Source: Candidatus Kaiserbacteria bacterium
Lineage (GTDB): Bacteria > Patescibacteriota > Minisyncoccia > Phycocordibacterales > UBA918
Assembly: GCA_024653575.1 (NCBI GenBank)
Contig: JANLIJ010000068.1
Coordinates: 1-43,950 of the forward strand
Length of the DNA: 43,950 nt
Reading direction: 5' to 3'
Program-made: the position numbers and the translations under genes
Shown: in pieces, positions 23,994-32,725 of the stretch
Position numbering within the stretch: the stretch's first letter is position 1
Layout: each line of letters begins with the position of its first letter
Notes under the pieces: generated by a model
What the model saw: the letters and a program-made list of their open reading frames with translations, nothing else
The model's database searches: none
Told to the model about the DNA's origin: nothing

Positions 23994-24479
23994 ATGAGCA
24001 AAACAAGTATTACCAAGGACTTCGAGAACAAACGAGTGACCATTGTACGTGAATTCAGTGCACCAAAAAGTGCGGTGTGGCACGCATGGACAACGGGTGA
24101 AGAACTTGAAAAGTGGTGGGCACCACTGCCATATAAGGCGGTGACGGGCACATTCGAGTTCCGAGAAGGAGGACACTGGCACTACTACATGCAGAGCCCA
24201 GAGGGGGAGAAGACGTGGTGCTATGTAGGGTACGAGAGTATCGATATAGAGAAGAGCTTTAGCGCATCGGACGGATTTTGTGACGAGAACATGAATCTCT
24301 CACCCGACATGCCCCACATGCACTGGCGAAATGAATTTGAAGAACACGATGGAAAAACAAAGATGACGGTCGAGGTGACTTTTGCATCGTCTGCCGACCT
24401 CCAAAAGATTGTCGACATGGGTTTTGAGGAGGGCTTCACCATGGGACTCAATCAACTTGAGGAATTACTCACACAATAA
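23994..24479 (+). CDS. SRPBCC/AHSA1-family protein
   Basis: Reads APKSAVWHAWTTGEELEKWWAP, matching the pattern ...VW.A.T..E.L.KWW.P that is typical of AHSA1-like START folds. Confidence 0.7.
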   Translation: MSKTSITKDFENKRVTIVREFSAPKSAVWHAWTTGEELEKWWAPLPYKAVTGTFEFREGGHWHYYMQSPEGEKTWCYVGYESIDIEKSFSASDGFCDENMNLSPDMPHMHWRNEFEEHDGKTKMTVEVTFASSADLQKIVDMGFEEGFTMGLNQLEELLTQ

Positions 24480-24487
24480 ACTTCCGC

Positions 24488-24949
24488 ATGACAAACCCCA
24501 CTCAGTATGAAGGGAAAGACTTGTACTTTGTCGCAGTGAAACTTTTCCTTGAGCGTGATGATACATTCCTCATCACAAAAGACATTTTTAAAGATGGCTG
24601 GGATCTTCCCGGAGGAAGAATCAGGAAAGAAGAATTTGATGCATCACTTGATGATGTGGTTGAGCGTAAGGTGCGTGAGGAACTCGGAGACGACATCGCC
24701 TACACCCTCGGTGCGCCTACTGTCTTCTTCCGCCATGAACGTATCGAAGCAATAACTGGACTACCAGTTCGCATTTTTGCGATTGGATATCGTGCAACAT
24801 ACAATGGCGGTGAGATCCACCTCGGTGATCATCATGAGTCATATGAGTGGGTAAACATCCACACGTTTAATCCAGAGAGATATTTCACCGGCGGATGGAA
24901 AAAGGGTGTGGAGGAATACCTAGCACAGAGAAGGTCAATTACTCAATAA
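24488..24949 (+). CDS. NUDIX hydrolase
   Basis: Nudix box: GGRIRKEEFDASLDDVVERKVREELGD. Confidence 0.8.
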   Translation: MTNPTQYEGKDLYFVAVKLFLERDDTFLITKDIFKDGWDLPGGRIRKEEFDASLDDVVERKVREELGDDIAYTLGAPTVFFRHERIEAITGLPVRIFAIGYRATYNGGEIHLGDHHESYEWVNIHTFNPERYFTGGWKKGVEEYLAQRRSITQ

Positions 24950-24957
24950 ATGTATCT

Positions 24958-25407
24958 ATGGAAAAATCGCATTACGAAATATTAATCAATGCATCGCGAG
25001 AAAAGGTGTGGGACACCATGCTCGAGGATGCGACCTACAGAGAATGGACGAGGATCTTCAATGCAGACTCACACTATATAGGTGACTGGAGTCAGGGTTC
25101 TAAAATTCTCTTCGTTGGATCAGGAGAAGATGGTGAGCAAGGAGGAATGGTCGCGCGCATAAAGGAAAATCGAAAATATGAATTCATTTCGATTGAGCAT
25201 CTTGGGATGATAAAGAATGGCATCGAAGACACGACGAGCGAGGAAGTGCGGTCGTGGACCCCCGCATTCGAGAACTACACGTTCACAGAAAAGGATGGTG
25301 GAGTCCTCCTTGAAGTAGACATGGAGATCAGTGCAGATTTCAAAGCCATGTTTGACGACCTCTGGCCTCAGTCACTTAAAGTACTTAAGGTGTTAGCAGA
25401 AAAATAA
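24958..25407 (+). CDS. SRPBCC/AHSA1-family protein (second copy)
   Basis: INASREKVWDTMLEDATYREW. Start at MEKSHY. Confidence 0.65.
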   Translation: MEKSHYEILINASREKVWDTMLEDATYREWTRIFNADSHYIGDWSQGSKILFVGSGEDGEQGGMVARIKENRKYEFISIEHLGMIKNGIEDTTSEEVRSWTPAFENYTFTEKDGGVLLEVDMEISADFKAMFDDLWPQSLKVLKVLAEK

Positions 25408-25414
25408 AAATCAT

Positions 25415-25852
25415 ATGGGAAACGTAAGTGTCTATCTAAATTTTCGAAGGAACACAGAGGAAGCATTCAATTTTTATAAGTCAGTATTCAAGACAGAGTT
25501 CATAGGAGGTATTGCTCGCATGGGTGATGTGCCCATGCAGGAAGGGCAAACACCGATTGCTGACGCTGATAAAAATCTCGTGATGCATGTGGCTCTCCCG
25601 CTTCTTGGAGACTTCGTCCTCATGGGAACTGACGCCCCTGAATCGATGGGATTCACAGTGGTAGAAGGGAATAACGTCCATATCAATCTCCTCCCCGACA
25701 CCCGCGCTGAAGCAGAACGTATCTTCACCGCACTCGGTGAAGAAGGGACTATTGATATGCCTCTCCAAGACATGTTTTGGGGGGACTACTTCGGCTCCCT
25801 CACCGACAAATTCGGCATCCATTGGATGGTGAACTGCTCTGAGAAGAAATAA
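25415..25852 (+). CDS. VOC-superfamily (PhnB/glyoxalase-like) protein
   Basis: YLNF..N..EAF.FYKSVF...VMH..L.....LMG.D...MFWGDYFG.L.D.FG..WM. Confidence 0.75.
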   Translation: MGNVSVYLNFRRNTEEAFNFYKSVFKTEFIGGIARMGDVPMQEGQTPIADADKNLVMHVALPLLGDFVLMGTDAPESMGFTVVEGNNVHINLLPDTRAEAERIFTALGEEGTIDMPLQDMFWGDYFGSLTDKFGIHWMVNCSEKK

Positions 25853-25870
25853 ACGTCACTACACAAAGGG

Positions 25871-25899
25871 AACCCTCGCGCCGTAAACGCGGGGGTTTT
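25871..25899. terminator. terminator between convergent genes
   Basis: AACCCTCGCGccgtaaaCGCGGGGGTT plus TT. Confidence 0.65.
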
Positions 25900-25919
25900 G
25901 AACATCAATCTAAAAACAC

Positions 25920-26255
25920 TTAAGACAAATGTTTTACTCCGTACTGCTCCATTGCGTGAATGACGCGGAGGAGGCCTTTGCCCTTTTTTGTGAGCGCATA
26001 TTCTACGCGAGGAGGGAATTCTGGATACTTGCACTTGGAGATGAGCCCTTCTTTCTGGAGTATATCGAGCTTCTTCGTAAGTGTGCGAGAGCTCACGCCG
26101 GCCGATGATGCCTGCAATTCAGTAAATCGCTGGGGCGCTTTCGCAAGATCACGAACAATGAGGAGAATGGTTGAATCTCCAATGAGGTCTGCCGTCCTTG
26201 CAATAGGGCAACTCTGACACGCAGTATGCTGTACTTTCGTTCTGAACATATACAT
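25920..26255 (-). CDS. HxlR-family transcriptional regulator
   Basis: CPIARTADLIGD....LIVRDL...P.RF.EL......VS.RTLT..L..L...GLI....Y.E.PPRVEY.LT.KG. Start ambiguous (26267, 26255 or 26249). Confidence 0.85.
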   Translation of the reverse strand: MYMFRTKVQHTACQSCPIARTADLIGDSTILLIVRDLAKAPQRFTELQASSAGVSSRTLTKKLDILQKEGLISKCKYPEFPPRVEYALTKKGKGLLRVIHAMEQYGVKHLS

Positions 26256-26267
26256 GCATAGTACCAC

Positions 26268-26306
26268 ATACCCCCTATACTTTACATAGTAAAGTATAGG
26301 GGGTAT
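26268..26306. promoter_or_regulatory. 18-bp perfect inverted repeat in the divergent hxlR/FMN-reductase promoter region
   Basis: ATACCCCCTATACTTTACataGTAAAGTATAGGGGGTAT. Confidence 0.65.
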
Positions 26307-26339
26307 ACTATGGCTCTTATTTTAGATAATTGTATCAAC

Positions 26340-26864
26340 ATGAATGTATTAGGTATTGTCGGAAGTCTTCGAAAGCAGTCATTTAATCGCTCACTCATGA
26401 CGGCCTTCGTGAATCAAAAGCCTGAAGGTGTCACCATGGAAATTGCAGACATCAGCACCCTTCCATTTTTTAATGAAGATGATGAGGTCTCATTCCCACA
26501 GTCTGCACAGAACCTCAAGGCACAGGTAGAGAATGCTGATGTTATCATCATTGCGACTCCTGAATACAATCGCTCTGTCCCCGGTGTTCTCAAGAATGCT
26601 ATTGATTGGCTTTCACGACCATACGGAAAAAATTCATTTTCAGGAAAAAAAGTCTTTGTCGTCGGGGCATCAGTGGGCCCGATCGGTGCAAGTATGGCAC
26701 AGTATGATTTGAAGAAAATGCTCCTCCATGGAAATGCAACAGTCCTCGGACAACCTGAATTTTTTGTGGGTGTCGCTGGAAATAAATTTAACGAGAGCGG
26801 GGAGCTCACTGATGAAGCAACTCAAGATCACATCACCTCGGCTTGGGGAGTGCTCACTCAATAA
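26340..26864 (+). CDS. NAD(P)H-dependent FMN reductase
   Basis: GIVGSLRK.SFNR......ATPEYNRSVPGVLKNAIDWLSRP. Confidence 0.85.
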   Translation: MNVLGIVGSLRKQSFNRSLMTAFVNQKPEGVTMEIADISTLPFFNEDDEVSFPQSAQNLKAQVENADVIIIATPEYNRSVPGVLKNAIDWLSRPYGKNSFSGKKVFVVGASVGPIGASMAQYDLKKMLLHGNATVLGQPEFFVGVAGNKFNESGELTDEATQDHITSAWGVLTQ

Positions 26865-26880
26865 TCAGAAACCCTCACCT

Positions 26881-26929
26881 CACACAAATAAAATCCCCGA
26901 GCCGTAGGCCCGGGGGTTTTATTTGTGTG
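26881..26929. terminator. long hairpin terminator (19 bp including one G-U) between convergent genes
   Basis: CACACAAATAAAATCCCCG..CGGGGGTTTTATTTGTGTG. Confidence 0.75.
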
Positions 26930-26941
26930 AGATTTATTTAA

Positions 26942-27970
26942 TTAAAAAGGATTGCGGGCTCCTCGTACCTCAAAGTGCAGGTGATTTCCTGTTGAACGCC
27001 CAGTACTTCCAACATATCCAACCACCTCACCTGCAGTGACGGTATCACCGACGGCAACTGCGTTTCGCGAACAGTGTGCATAGAGTGTCTGTGTTCCATT
27101 TGGATGTTTCACTACCACGTAGAGCCCATACCCACCGTTCCAACCAGAACTCTTTGCAACAATCACTTCCCCAGATGCGGCTGCAAGTATTGGTGTTCCT
27201 GCTGGAGCACCGAAATCAACTCCGTTGTATCCATGGATACCTTGCGTTCGAACTGAGCCAGGAAGCGGGTGTGCGTATCCTGCACTACCATTACCTGTTG
27301 CAACTTTCCCACTTGCTTTTGATGTGCCCTTCTTTGAAGGTGCTGGTGTAGAAATGACTCCTCCAGGGACAACAATAGTATCTCCAACACTTACATCCTC
27401 AGCAGACGCAAGTTGGTTATATGCAAGGATATCATCGACATCACCATCATACTTCTTTGCAATGGATGCGAGTGTATCGCCCTTCTTCACCACGTGGCGA
27501 ACCCCGGTAATCGGAAGGATAATGAGTGAGTCGCCTGGGCGGATCTTGCTTGGGCTTCCAATATCATTTGCCCAGAGAATCGTCTTTGAACTCACATCAA
27601 ACATTTCTGCAATCTGTGAGAGTGTATCGCCTTCGCGAACAACGTAAAGACTAATCTCACCGTTTACCGTCTTTATATTTATTGAATCAGTCTTCCCATC
27701 AATGTCACCAGCAGGAACAAGGGCGCCATCTGACACAATGATGTCACCACCCCCTTTTGCGGGATTTGGATCAATATTGAGTGCGGCACGGAGGAGGGGA
27801 ACTGTCTGGGCGCTTGCGCCTGTCGCAAACTCCTCAGCTTGAACTGACGATATAGATACCGTACTAAAAAGTGTGGTGAGCAGACCCGCATTCACAAGGA
27901 AAGGTATTGAAAGGGCACCGACAACAAGGCTCACGGAGACAATGCGTCCCATCATATATATGTATGTCAT
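26942..27970 (-). CDS. LysM-domain M23-family metallopeptidase (cell-wall hydrolase)
   Basis: Two LysM repeats (YVVREGDTLSQIAEMF, HVVKKGDTLASIAKKY). M23 motifs HxxxD-like and GSTGRSTGNHLHFEV. Start ambiguous within the first 7 codons. Confidence 0.88.
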   Translation of the reverse strand: MTYIYMMGRIVSVSLVVGALSIPFLVNAGLLTTLFSTVSISSVQAEEFATGASAQTVPLLRAALNIDPNPAKGGGDIIVSDGALVPAGDIDGKTDSINIKTVNGEISLYVVREGDTLSQIAEMFDVSSKTILWANDIGSPSKIRPGDSLIILPITGVRHVVKKGDTLASIAKKYDGDVDDILAYNQLASAEDVSVGDTIVVPGGVISTPAPSKKGTSKASGKVATGNGSAGYAHPLPGSVRTQGIHGYNGVDFGAPAGTPILAAASGEVIVAKSSGWNGGYGLYVVVKHPNGTQTLYAHCSRNAVAVGDTVTAGEVVGYVGSTGRSTGNHLHFEVRGARNPF

Positions 27971-28344
27971 CTGTTCGATACTCGTACTGAGATTTCGAAA
28001 GTCAGAATCTTGTATAGTCTGTTTTATATGCGATTGTTTAAGGGCTCACCGCCTTGCATCCATCACGGTCATTCTGAAACAAAAAGAGCGGTCTTTGAAA
28101 CGCTCCCATTCGGCGCCCACACGAGGCACGGTCATAATGATAACCGAGTGAGAAATAGGGTCAACCTTGCCAAACTCTGTTGTCCACAGGGTAGCAAAAA
28201 GTGGTTTTTTAGGCCTAGAATCGGCCGTATTTGGGCTATTCCTAAGTCAAATAATTTATTGTGTAATAATTTTACTCATTGTACGGCTTAAGCACTAAGA
28301 ATTCCCCAGGAGCATGCTATAGTTGATGCCGAGAATATCAATAT

Positions 28345-30288
28345 ATGCATACGAATGATCATCTGAAAGGACTCAACGAGGCGCAAAAAAACGCGGTTTT
28401 AAGCGCCGAAGGGCCACTTTTGGTACTTGCGGGGGCTGGTTCGGGGAAAACACGAGTCATCACACACCGCATCATTCATCTCGTACTTCAAGGGGTTGCA
28501 CCGGAGAAAATCCTCGCGGTAACCTTCACCAACAAAGCAGCAAAGGAAATGCGTGAGCGCGTGCTTTCGCTTCTCTCGAAGTATCACGGTAGCGAACGTG
28601 CAACTGATGGTGGAGTCCCCTTGGTGACAACCTTCCACGCGCTCGGTGTGCGTATGTTGCGGGAACACCATGAGGTCTTTGGTCTTCGAAAACAATTTAC
28701 CATCTATGACCGAAGCGACTCCGTCAGTGCCCTGAAGAAAGGGATGGAAAAAGCGGGTGTTGACCCAAAACAATTTGAGCCACGAAAAATCCTCTCTATT
28801 ATTTCCCGTGCGAAGGGAGACGCGGTGACCCAGACCGACTTCGCAAGTAGCGCACGCACCTACCCTGAACGGGTTGCGAGTGAGGTGTGGGTTCACTATG
28901 AGCACATTTTGAAGGAAGAACACGCACTCGATTTTGATGACCTCCTCGCGAAGACACTCTCGATGCTCAAGAGTCATCCACCAATTCTTGAAGAGTATCG
29001 AAAGCGTTTTACCTATGTCCACATCGATGAGTATCAGGATACCAACAGGGTACAGTATGAGATTGCACGACTCATTGTGGGAGAGCGCGCGAACCTCTGT
29101 GTCGTGGGAGATGTCGATCAAAACATCTACTCGTGGCGCGGTGCAGATATCAAAAACATTCTTCAATTCGAACGACACTTTCCATCGACAAAAATCATTA
29201 TGCTTGAGGAAAATTATCGCTCGACGCAGACCATCATCACGGCCTCCAATGACATCATTGAGAAGAATATCAATCGACCACTCAAAAAAGTATTTACGAA
29301 AAATCACGAGGGTGAACTCATCTCACTCTATGTGGCAATGGGTGGACAGGAGGAAGCAGAGCATGTAGCACTCACCGCAAAAGACCTTGTGAAAAACGGC
29401 GCAAACCCGAGCGATATTGCAGTTCTCTTTCGTACAAATTTCCAATCACGTGCACTTGAGGAGGCCTTCATCAACTACGACGTTCCCTACCAAATGCTCG
29501 GCACAAAATTCTTCGATAGAAGGGAGGTGAAGGACGTTCTCGCTTTCTTGCGGTATGCGCTCAACCCCAGTGGTACCGGGGATTTGGTACGCATCATCAA
29601 CACTCCAGCGCGAGGAATTGGTAAGGTGACCGTGCTTAAAATTGTGGAAGGAAAGATGGCTGACCTCCCCGCAAAAACACACGAGAAGGTGTCTGCATTT
29701 TTTAATCTCATTGAAGAGATTGCAAACTTTGCAAAGGAACATCCGGTGCATGAGACGCTCGCGTTCATCATGAAGCGAACGGGCATGGAGGATGAATTTA
29801 AAACTGGCGGGGAAGAGGGGCTCGAGCGACTTGAGAACGTACGCGAGCTCGTTTCTCTTGGGACGAAGTATGCTGAGTATGAGCCAGAGGAAGCTATCGA
29901 ACATCTCCTCGAAGATTCTGCGCTCGGAAGTGATCAGGACGAGTTGAAAGATAAAGAAGAATTTGATGCGGTACGCCTCATGACCATCCACTCATCGAAA
30001 GGGCTCGAGTTTCCCTATGTATTTATTACTGGGCTCGAGGAGGGGCTCTTCCCCCACGAGCGACTCGGGGATGAAAAGACCGATGAGGAAGAGGAACGAC
30101 GACTCTTTTACGTAGCACTGACGCGAGCAAAGAAAAAAGTGTTTCTCTCCTACGCACACATTCGCACCATCTTCGGAACACAGCGAGTCAACACCCCATC
30201 CTCATTCCTCAAGGATATTCGAAGTGAACTCCTCGAAAGTGAAAACCCCGCTGAATCAGGGTACGAACGCACAATTTATTTGGATTAG
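28345..30288 (+). CDS. pcrA: UvrD/PcrA-type superfamily 1 DNA helicase
   Basis: GAGSGKTRV (Ia). TFHALG. DEYQDTN. YRS. VALTRAKK. 647 aa, which is on the short side for the family. Confidence 0.9.
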   Translation: MHTNDHLKGLNEAQKNAVLSAEGPLLVLAGAGSGKTRVITHRIIHLVLQGVAPEKILAVTFTNKAAKEMRERVLSLLSKYHGSERATDGGVPLVTTFHALGVRMLREHHEVFGLRKQFTIYDRSDSVSALKKGMEKAGVDPKQFEPRKILSIISRAKGDAVTQTDFASSARTYPERVASEVWVHYEHILKEEHALDFDDLLAKTLSMLKSHPPILEEYRKRFTYVHIDEYQDTNRVQYEIARLIVGERANLCVVGDVDQNIYSWRGADIKNILQFERHFPSTKIIMLEENYRSTQTIITASNDIIEKNINRPLKKVFTKNHEGELISLYVAMGGQEEAEHVALTAKDLVKNGANPSDIAVLFRTNFQSRALEEAFINYDVPYQMLGTKFFDRREVKDVLAFLRYALNPSGTGDLVRIINTPARGIGKVTVLKIVEGKMADLPAKTHEKVSAFFNLIEEIANFAKEHPVHETLAFIMKRTGMEDEFKTGGEEGLERLENVRELVSLGTKYAEYEPEEAIEHLLEDSALGSDQDELKDKEEFDAVRLMTIHSSKGLEFPYVFITGLEEGLFPHERLGDEKTDEEEERRLFYVALTRAKKKVFLSYAHIRTIFGTQRVNTPSSFLKDIRSELLESENPAESGYERTIYLD

Positions 30289-30290
30289 AT

Positions 30291-30315
30291 AAATACAAGG
30301 CCTGGCCTTGTATTT
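30291..30315 (+). terminator. hairpin terminator of the helicase gene
   Basis: AAATACAAGGCCtgGCCTTGTATTT. Confidence 0.65.
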
Positions 30316-30356
30316 CAAAAACCCGGAAATCGTCCTCTGGAAGACTCCACATTAGG

Positions 30357-30383
30357 AAATACAGAGGCAAGACCTCTGTATTT
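30357..30383 (-). terminator. hairpin terminator of the yerC-like gene (same AAATACA..TGTATTT frame as 30291..30315)
   Basis: AAATACAGAGGcaagaCCTCTGTATTT. Confidence 0.6.
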
Positions 30384-30404
30384 TAACAACTCTACTCACT
30401 TCAT

Positions 30405-30426
30405 ATATCGTGATTAATCGCGATAT
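30405..30426. promoter_or_regulatory. 22-nt near-palindrome ATATCGtGATTAATCGCGATAT (copy 1, in the 3' UTR of the yerC-like gene)
   Basis: Read directly from the sequence. One mismatch from perfect dyad symmetry. Confidence 0.6.
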
Positions 30427-30443
30427 ATTTTAGTGTTACTTCT

Positions 30444-30875
30444 TTATTTAAGCTGAAATCTTGGTTTATCAGGAAGTTCGTAGAGCCATTTCCAACGTCC
30501 TTTGCCACGTGGTGGAAGCCCGCACTGAAGTATTTTTTCCAAAGTATCCCAAAAAGCATCTCTATCGAAGCTTTTTTTGCGAAGCACGGCAATTATTGAG
30601 TCGTAGTGACCGATTCTGTATGCACCACGGACAAGCCGAACGGTCGAGTCGCTCACAGCGAGTGTTTTTGCGATTGCATAGGTAGAACGCCCTTCAAGGA
30701 GCAAAAGTACTATAGCAAGACGCTTTGTTATCATAATGAGTTCTGTTTCAGTAAGAAGTGCTTCAAAAATTTTGCTCTGCTCTGTCTTTTTAACAGATGC
30801 CGTTAAGTCGACAAATTGAGTAAACAGGCCATCTTGCGTCTTTTTTGTAAGTCGTTTTTTTGAAATATGTGTCAT
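30444..30875 (-). CDS. TrpR-like YerC/YecD-family DNA-binding protein
   Basis: ELIMITKRLAIVLLLLEGRSTYAIAKTLAVSDSTVRLV (HTH). Start at MTHISKK; the longer ORF-track frame overlaps rsmA. Confidence 0.7.
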   Translation of the reverse strand: MTHISKKRLTKKTQDGLFTQFVDLTASVKKTEQSKIFEALLTETELIMITKRLAIVLLLLEGRSTYAIAKTLAVSDSTVRLVRGAYRIGHYDSIIAVLRKKSFDRDAFWDTLEKILQCGLPPRGKGRWKWLYELPDKPRFQLK

Positions 30876-30878
30876 AGG

Positions 30879-30898
30879 TATCGCGATTAATCGCGATA
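30879..30898. promoter_or_regulatory. 20-nt perfect palindrome TATCGCGATTAATCGCGATA (copy 2), probable operator
   Basis: Lies 3 nt upstream of the yerC-like ATG, in the divergent region shared with rsmA. Confidence 0.6.
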
Positions 30899-30942
30899 TT
30901 AGTGTACCATGGTTGTGTTTGATATTAAATCGACGTAGTCTA

Positions 30943-31770
30943 ATGAGTATGAAATTTGAGCATAAGAAGTCGCTTGGGCAACATTTTCTTAATAATACGA
31001 GCGTTCCTCGGGCTATGGCTGACGCGGGGGGTGTAGAAAAAGGAGATATTGTGCTTGAAATAGGGCCCGGAACCGGCGTCCTTACCCGTGAACTACTGAA
31101 TCGAGGTGCGAAAGTCATTGCCATCGAGGCTGATCTACGAGCAATTGAGTCCCTCAATAGATCGTTTAAATCTGAAATAATGGCTCAAAGCCTCATCATT
31201 CAGCATGGCGATGTGCGTACTATTGACCTTTCTGCGCTCGGCCTACGGGCGGGCGCATATAAGCTAATTGCCAACATCCCCTACTATCTCTCGGGTTTTC
31301 TCTTCCGTTTCTTCCTTGAACACGAAATCCAGCCCTCAAATCTTGTCTTTTTGGTACAAAAAGAGGTCGCGCTCCGTATAGCACGCGATAAAAAGGAGTC
31401 CCTTCTGTCCCTCTCCATTAAAGTCTTTGGTGAACCAAAGTATGTAAAGACGGTTGGGAAAGGAAATTTTACCCCTCCTCCGAAAATCGACTCGGCAATT
31501 ATAGCTATTTCAGGTATTTCAAAAGACAAATTCGATGCAATTCCTCAGGAAGATTTTTTCAAAATTCTCCACGAAGGTTTTAAGTCAAAGCGGAAGCAGC
31601 TCCTCGGGAACCTTGCTGACACACTCGACCGAGAGACACTTACCCACATCTTTTCCACACTCGACATCCCTCTCGACGTACGCGGGGAAGATGTCTCTCT
31701 CAGCACATGGCTCATACTCTCACGGGCGATACATACCCACACACATCCCCAAAACTATCCCCAGAGTTAA
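30943..31770 (+). CDS. rsmA: 16S rRNA (adenine1518/1519-N6)-dimethyltransferase
   Basis: KKSLGQHFL. EIGPGTGVLT. NIPYY. Start at 30943 or 30949. Confidence 0.9.
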   Translation: MSMKFEHKKSLGQHFLNNTSVPRAMADAGGVEKGDIVLEIGPGTGVLTRELLNRGAKVIAIEADLRAIESLNRSFKSEIMAQSLIIQHGDVRTIDLSALGLRAGAYKLIANIPYYLSGFLFRFFLEHEIQPSNLVFLVQKEVALRIARDKKESLLSLSIKVFGEPKYVKTVGKGNFTPPPKIDSAIIAISGISKDKFDAIPQEDFFKILHEGFKSKRKQLLGNLADTLDRETLTHIFSTLDIPLDVRGEDVSLSTWLILSRAIHTHTHPQNYPQS

Positions 31771-31843
31771 CCACAGCTTTTACAGCAAAAAACCACCGTT
31801 TACCCACACTACTTGGTATACTTTATGAGTAATCTACCTTCGT

Positions 31844-32725
31844 GTGAAAGGCAAAGTTCGTATAGGAGGAGCGCTCGGTGTGGGGGTTGTCATAATCCTC
31901 GGTGCTTTGGTGGCGAACAGTGTGGGGAACGAGACTCCCGTTGGAGCCGTTGTCGTCTCGAAGGCCCCAGAACGTCAATACATCGCATCACAGGACTCCG
32001 ATGGTGATGGGGTGAAGGACTGGGAGGAAAATTTGCAGGGAAAAGTCTTTGAGACAATTCCGACACCGACCTCGACATCCTTCACAAGCGGGGACGAACC
32101 CTATGAACCACCCACGACACTCACTGGTAAATTCTCCGAGGCATTTTTCCAAGACTATCTCCAGGGGAAAATAAACGGTGAGGACTTTAGTGACCCAACT
32201 GCGTTTATAGGGAATGCAGTGACTGCGATTGAGAAGAATACGGAGAGCAAAAAACATTCACGCAATGAACTCAACACTGTGTCCGATTCCCCGGAAGCTT
32301 TCCACATATATGGAAATGAATTTGCAAAAATAATGAACTCGAGTGTTGTCTCTGTTGAGAACGAGGCCATCATTCTGCAACAGGCACTCACCGCCAATGA
32401 CCCTACTATCCTTGAAAAACTCACCCCTATTCATGAGGCCTACGTATCGTACATTTCACAGGCACTTGTAATGGAGGTCCCCGAATCTTTTGCGCTTTTA
32501 CATGTCTCTGCACTCAATACTTTTGAATCAATCCTGACAGATGTTGAAGCGATGAGGCTCGCATTCACCGACCCGCTCTATGCACTTGCACGCACGAAAG
32601 GATATGAAGATGATGCTAAGGCACTTTACGAATCCCTTCAAAAGATAAATGAGAAGCTTTCTGAGAATAATGTAAGCTACACAAATGATGAGCCGGGGGT
32701 ATTTTTCTACCTTTTTGATATATGA
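31844..32725 (+). CDS. membrane-anchored hypothetical protein with DSDGDGVKDWEE (TSP3-like Ca-binding) motif; first gene of the T4SS-like operon
   Basis: GTG start. N-terminal TM segment. 4-nt overlap with the next gene. Confidence 0.6.
   Translation: MKGKVRIGGALGVGVVIILGALVANSVGNETPVGAVVVSKAPERQYIASQDSDGDGVKDWEENLQGKVFETIPTPTSTSFTSGDEPYEPPTTLTGKFSEAFFQDYLQGKINGEDFSDPTAFIGNAVTAIEKNTESKKHSRNELNTVSDSPEAFHIYGNEFAKIMNSSVVSVENEAIILQQALTANDPTILEKLTPIHEAYVSYISQALVMEVPESFALLHVSALNTFESILTDVEAMRLAFTDPLYALARTKGYEDDAKALYESLQKINEKLSENNVSYTNDEPGVFFYLFDI

Noticed and set aside
27971-28344. c-di-AMP (ydaO-type) riboswitch upstream of the LysM-M23 cell-wall hydrolase
   Set aside because: The gene context fits, but the conserved ydaO elements I recall (GGGGACCCA, GGGGUGAAUC, CCGAACCC-type blocks and pseudo-twofold symmetry) are not present on either strand.
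28399-29307. 302-aa minus-strand ORF inside the helicase gene
   Set aside because: It is antisense to a motif-complete UvrD/PcrA gene. It has no recognisable domains or RBS.
30876-31157. N-terminal 94-codon extension of ORF 30444..31157
   Set aside because: The extension overlaps the well-supported rsmA gene on the opposite strand and is low-complexity. YerC/TrpR-like homology begins only after Met95, so the start was moved to 30875.
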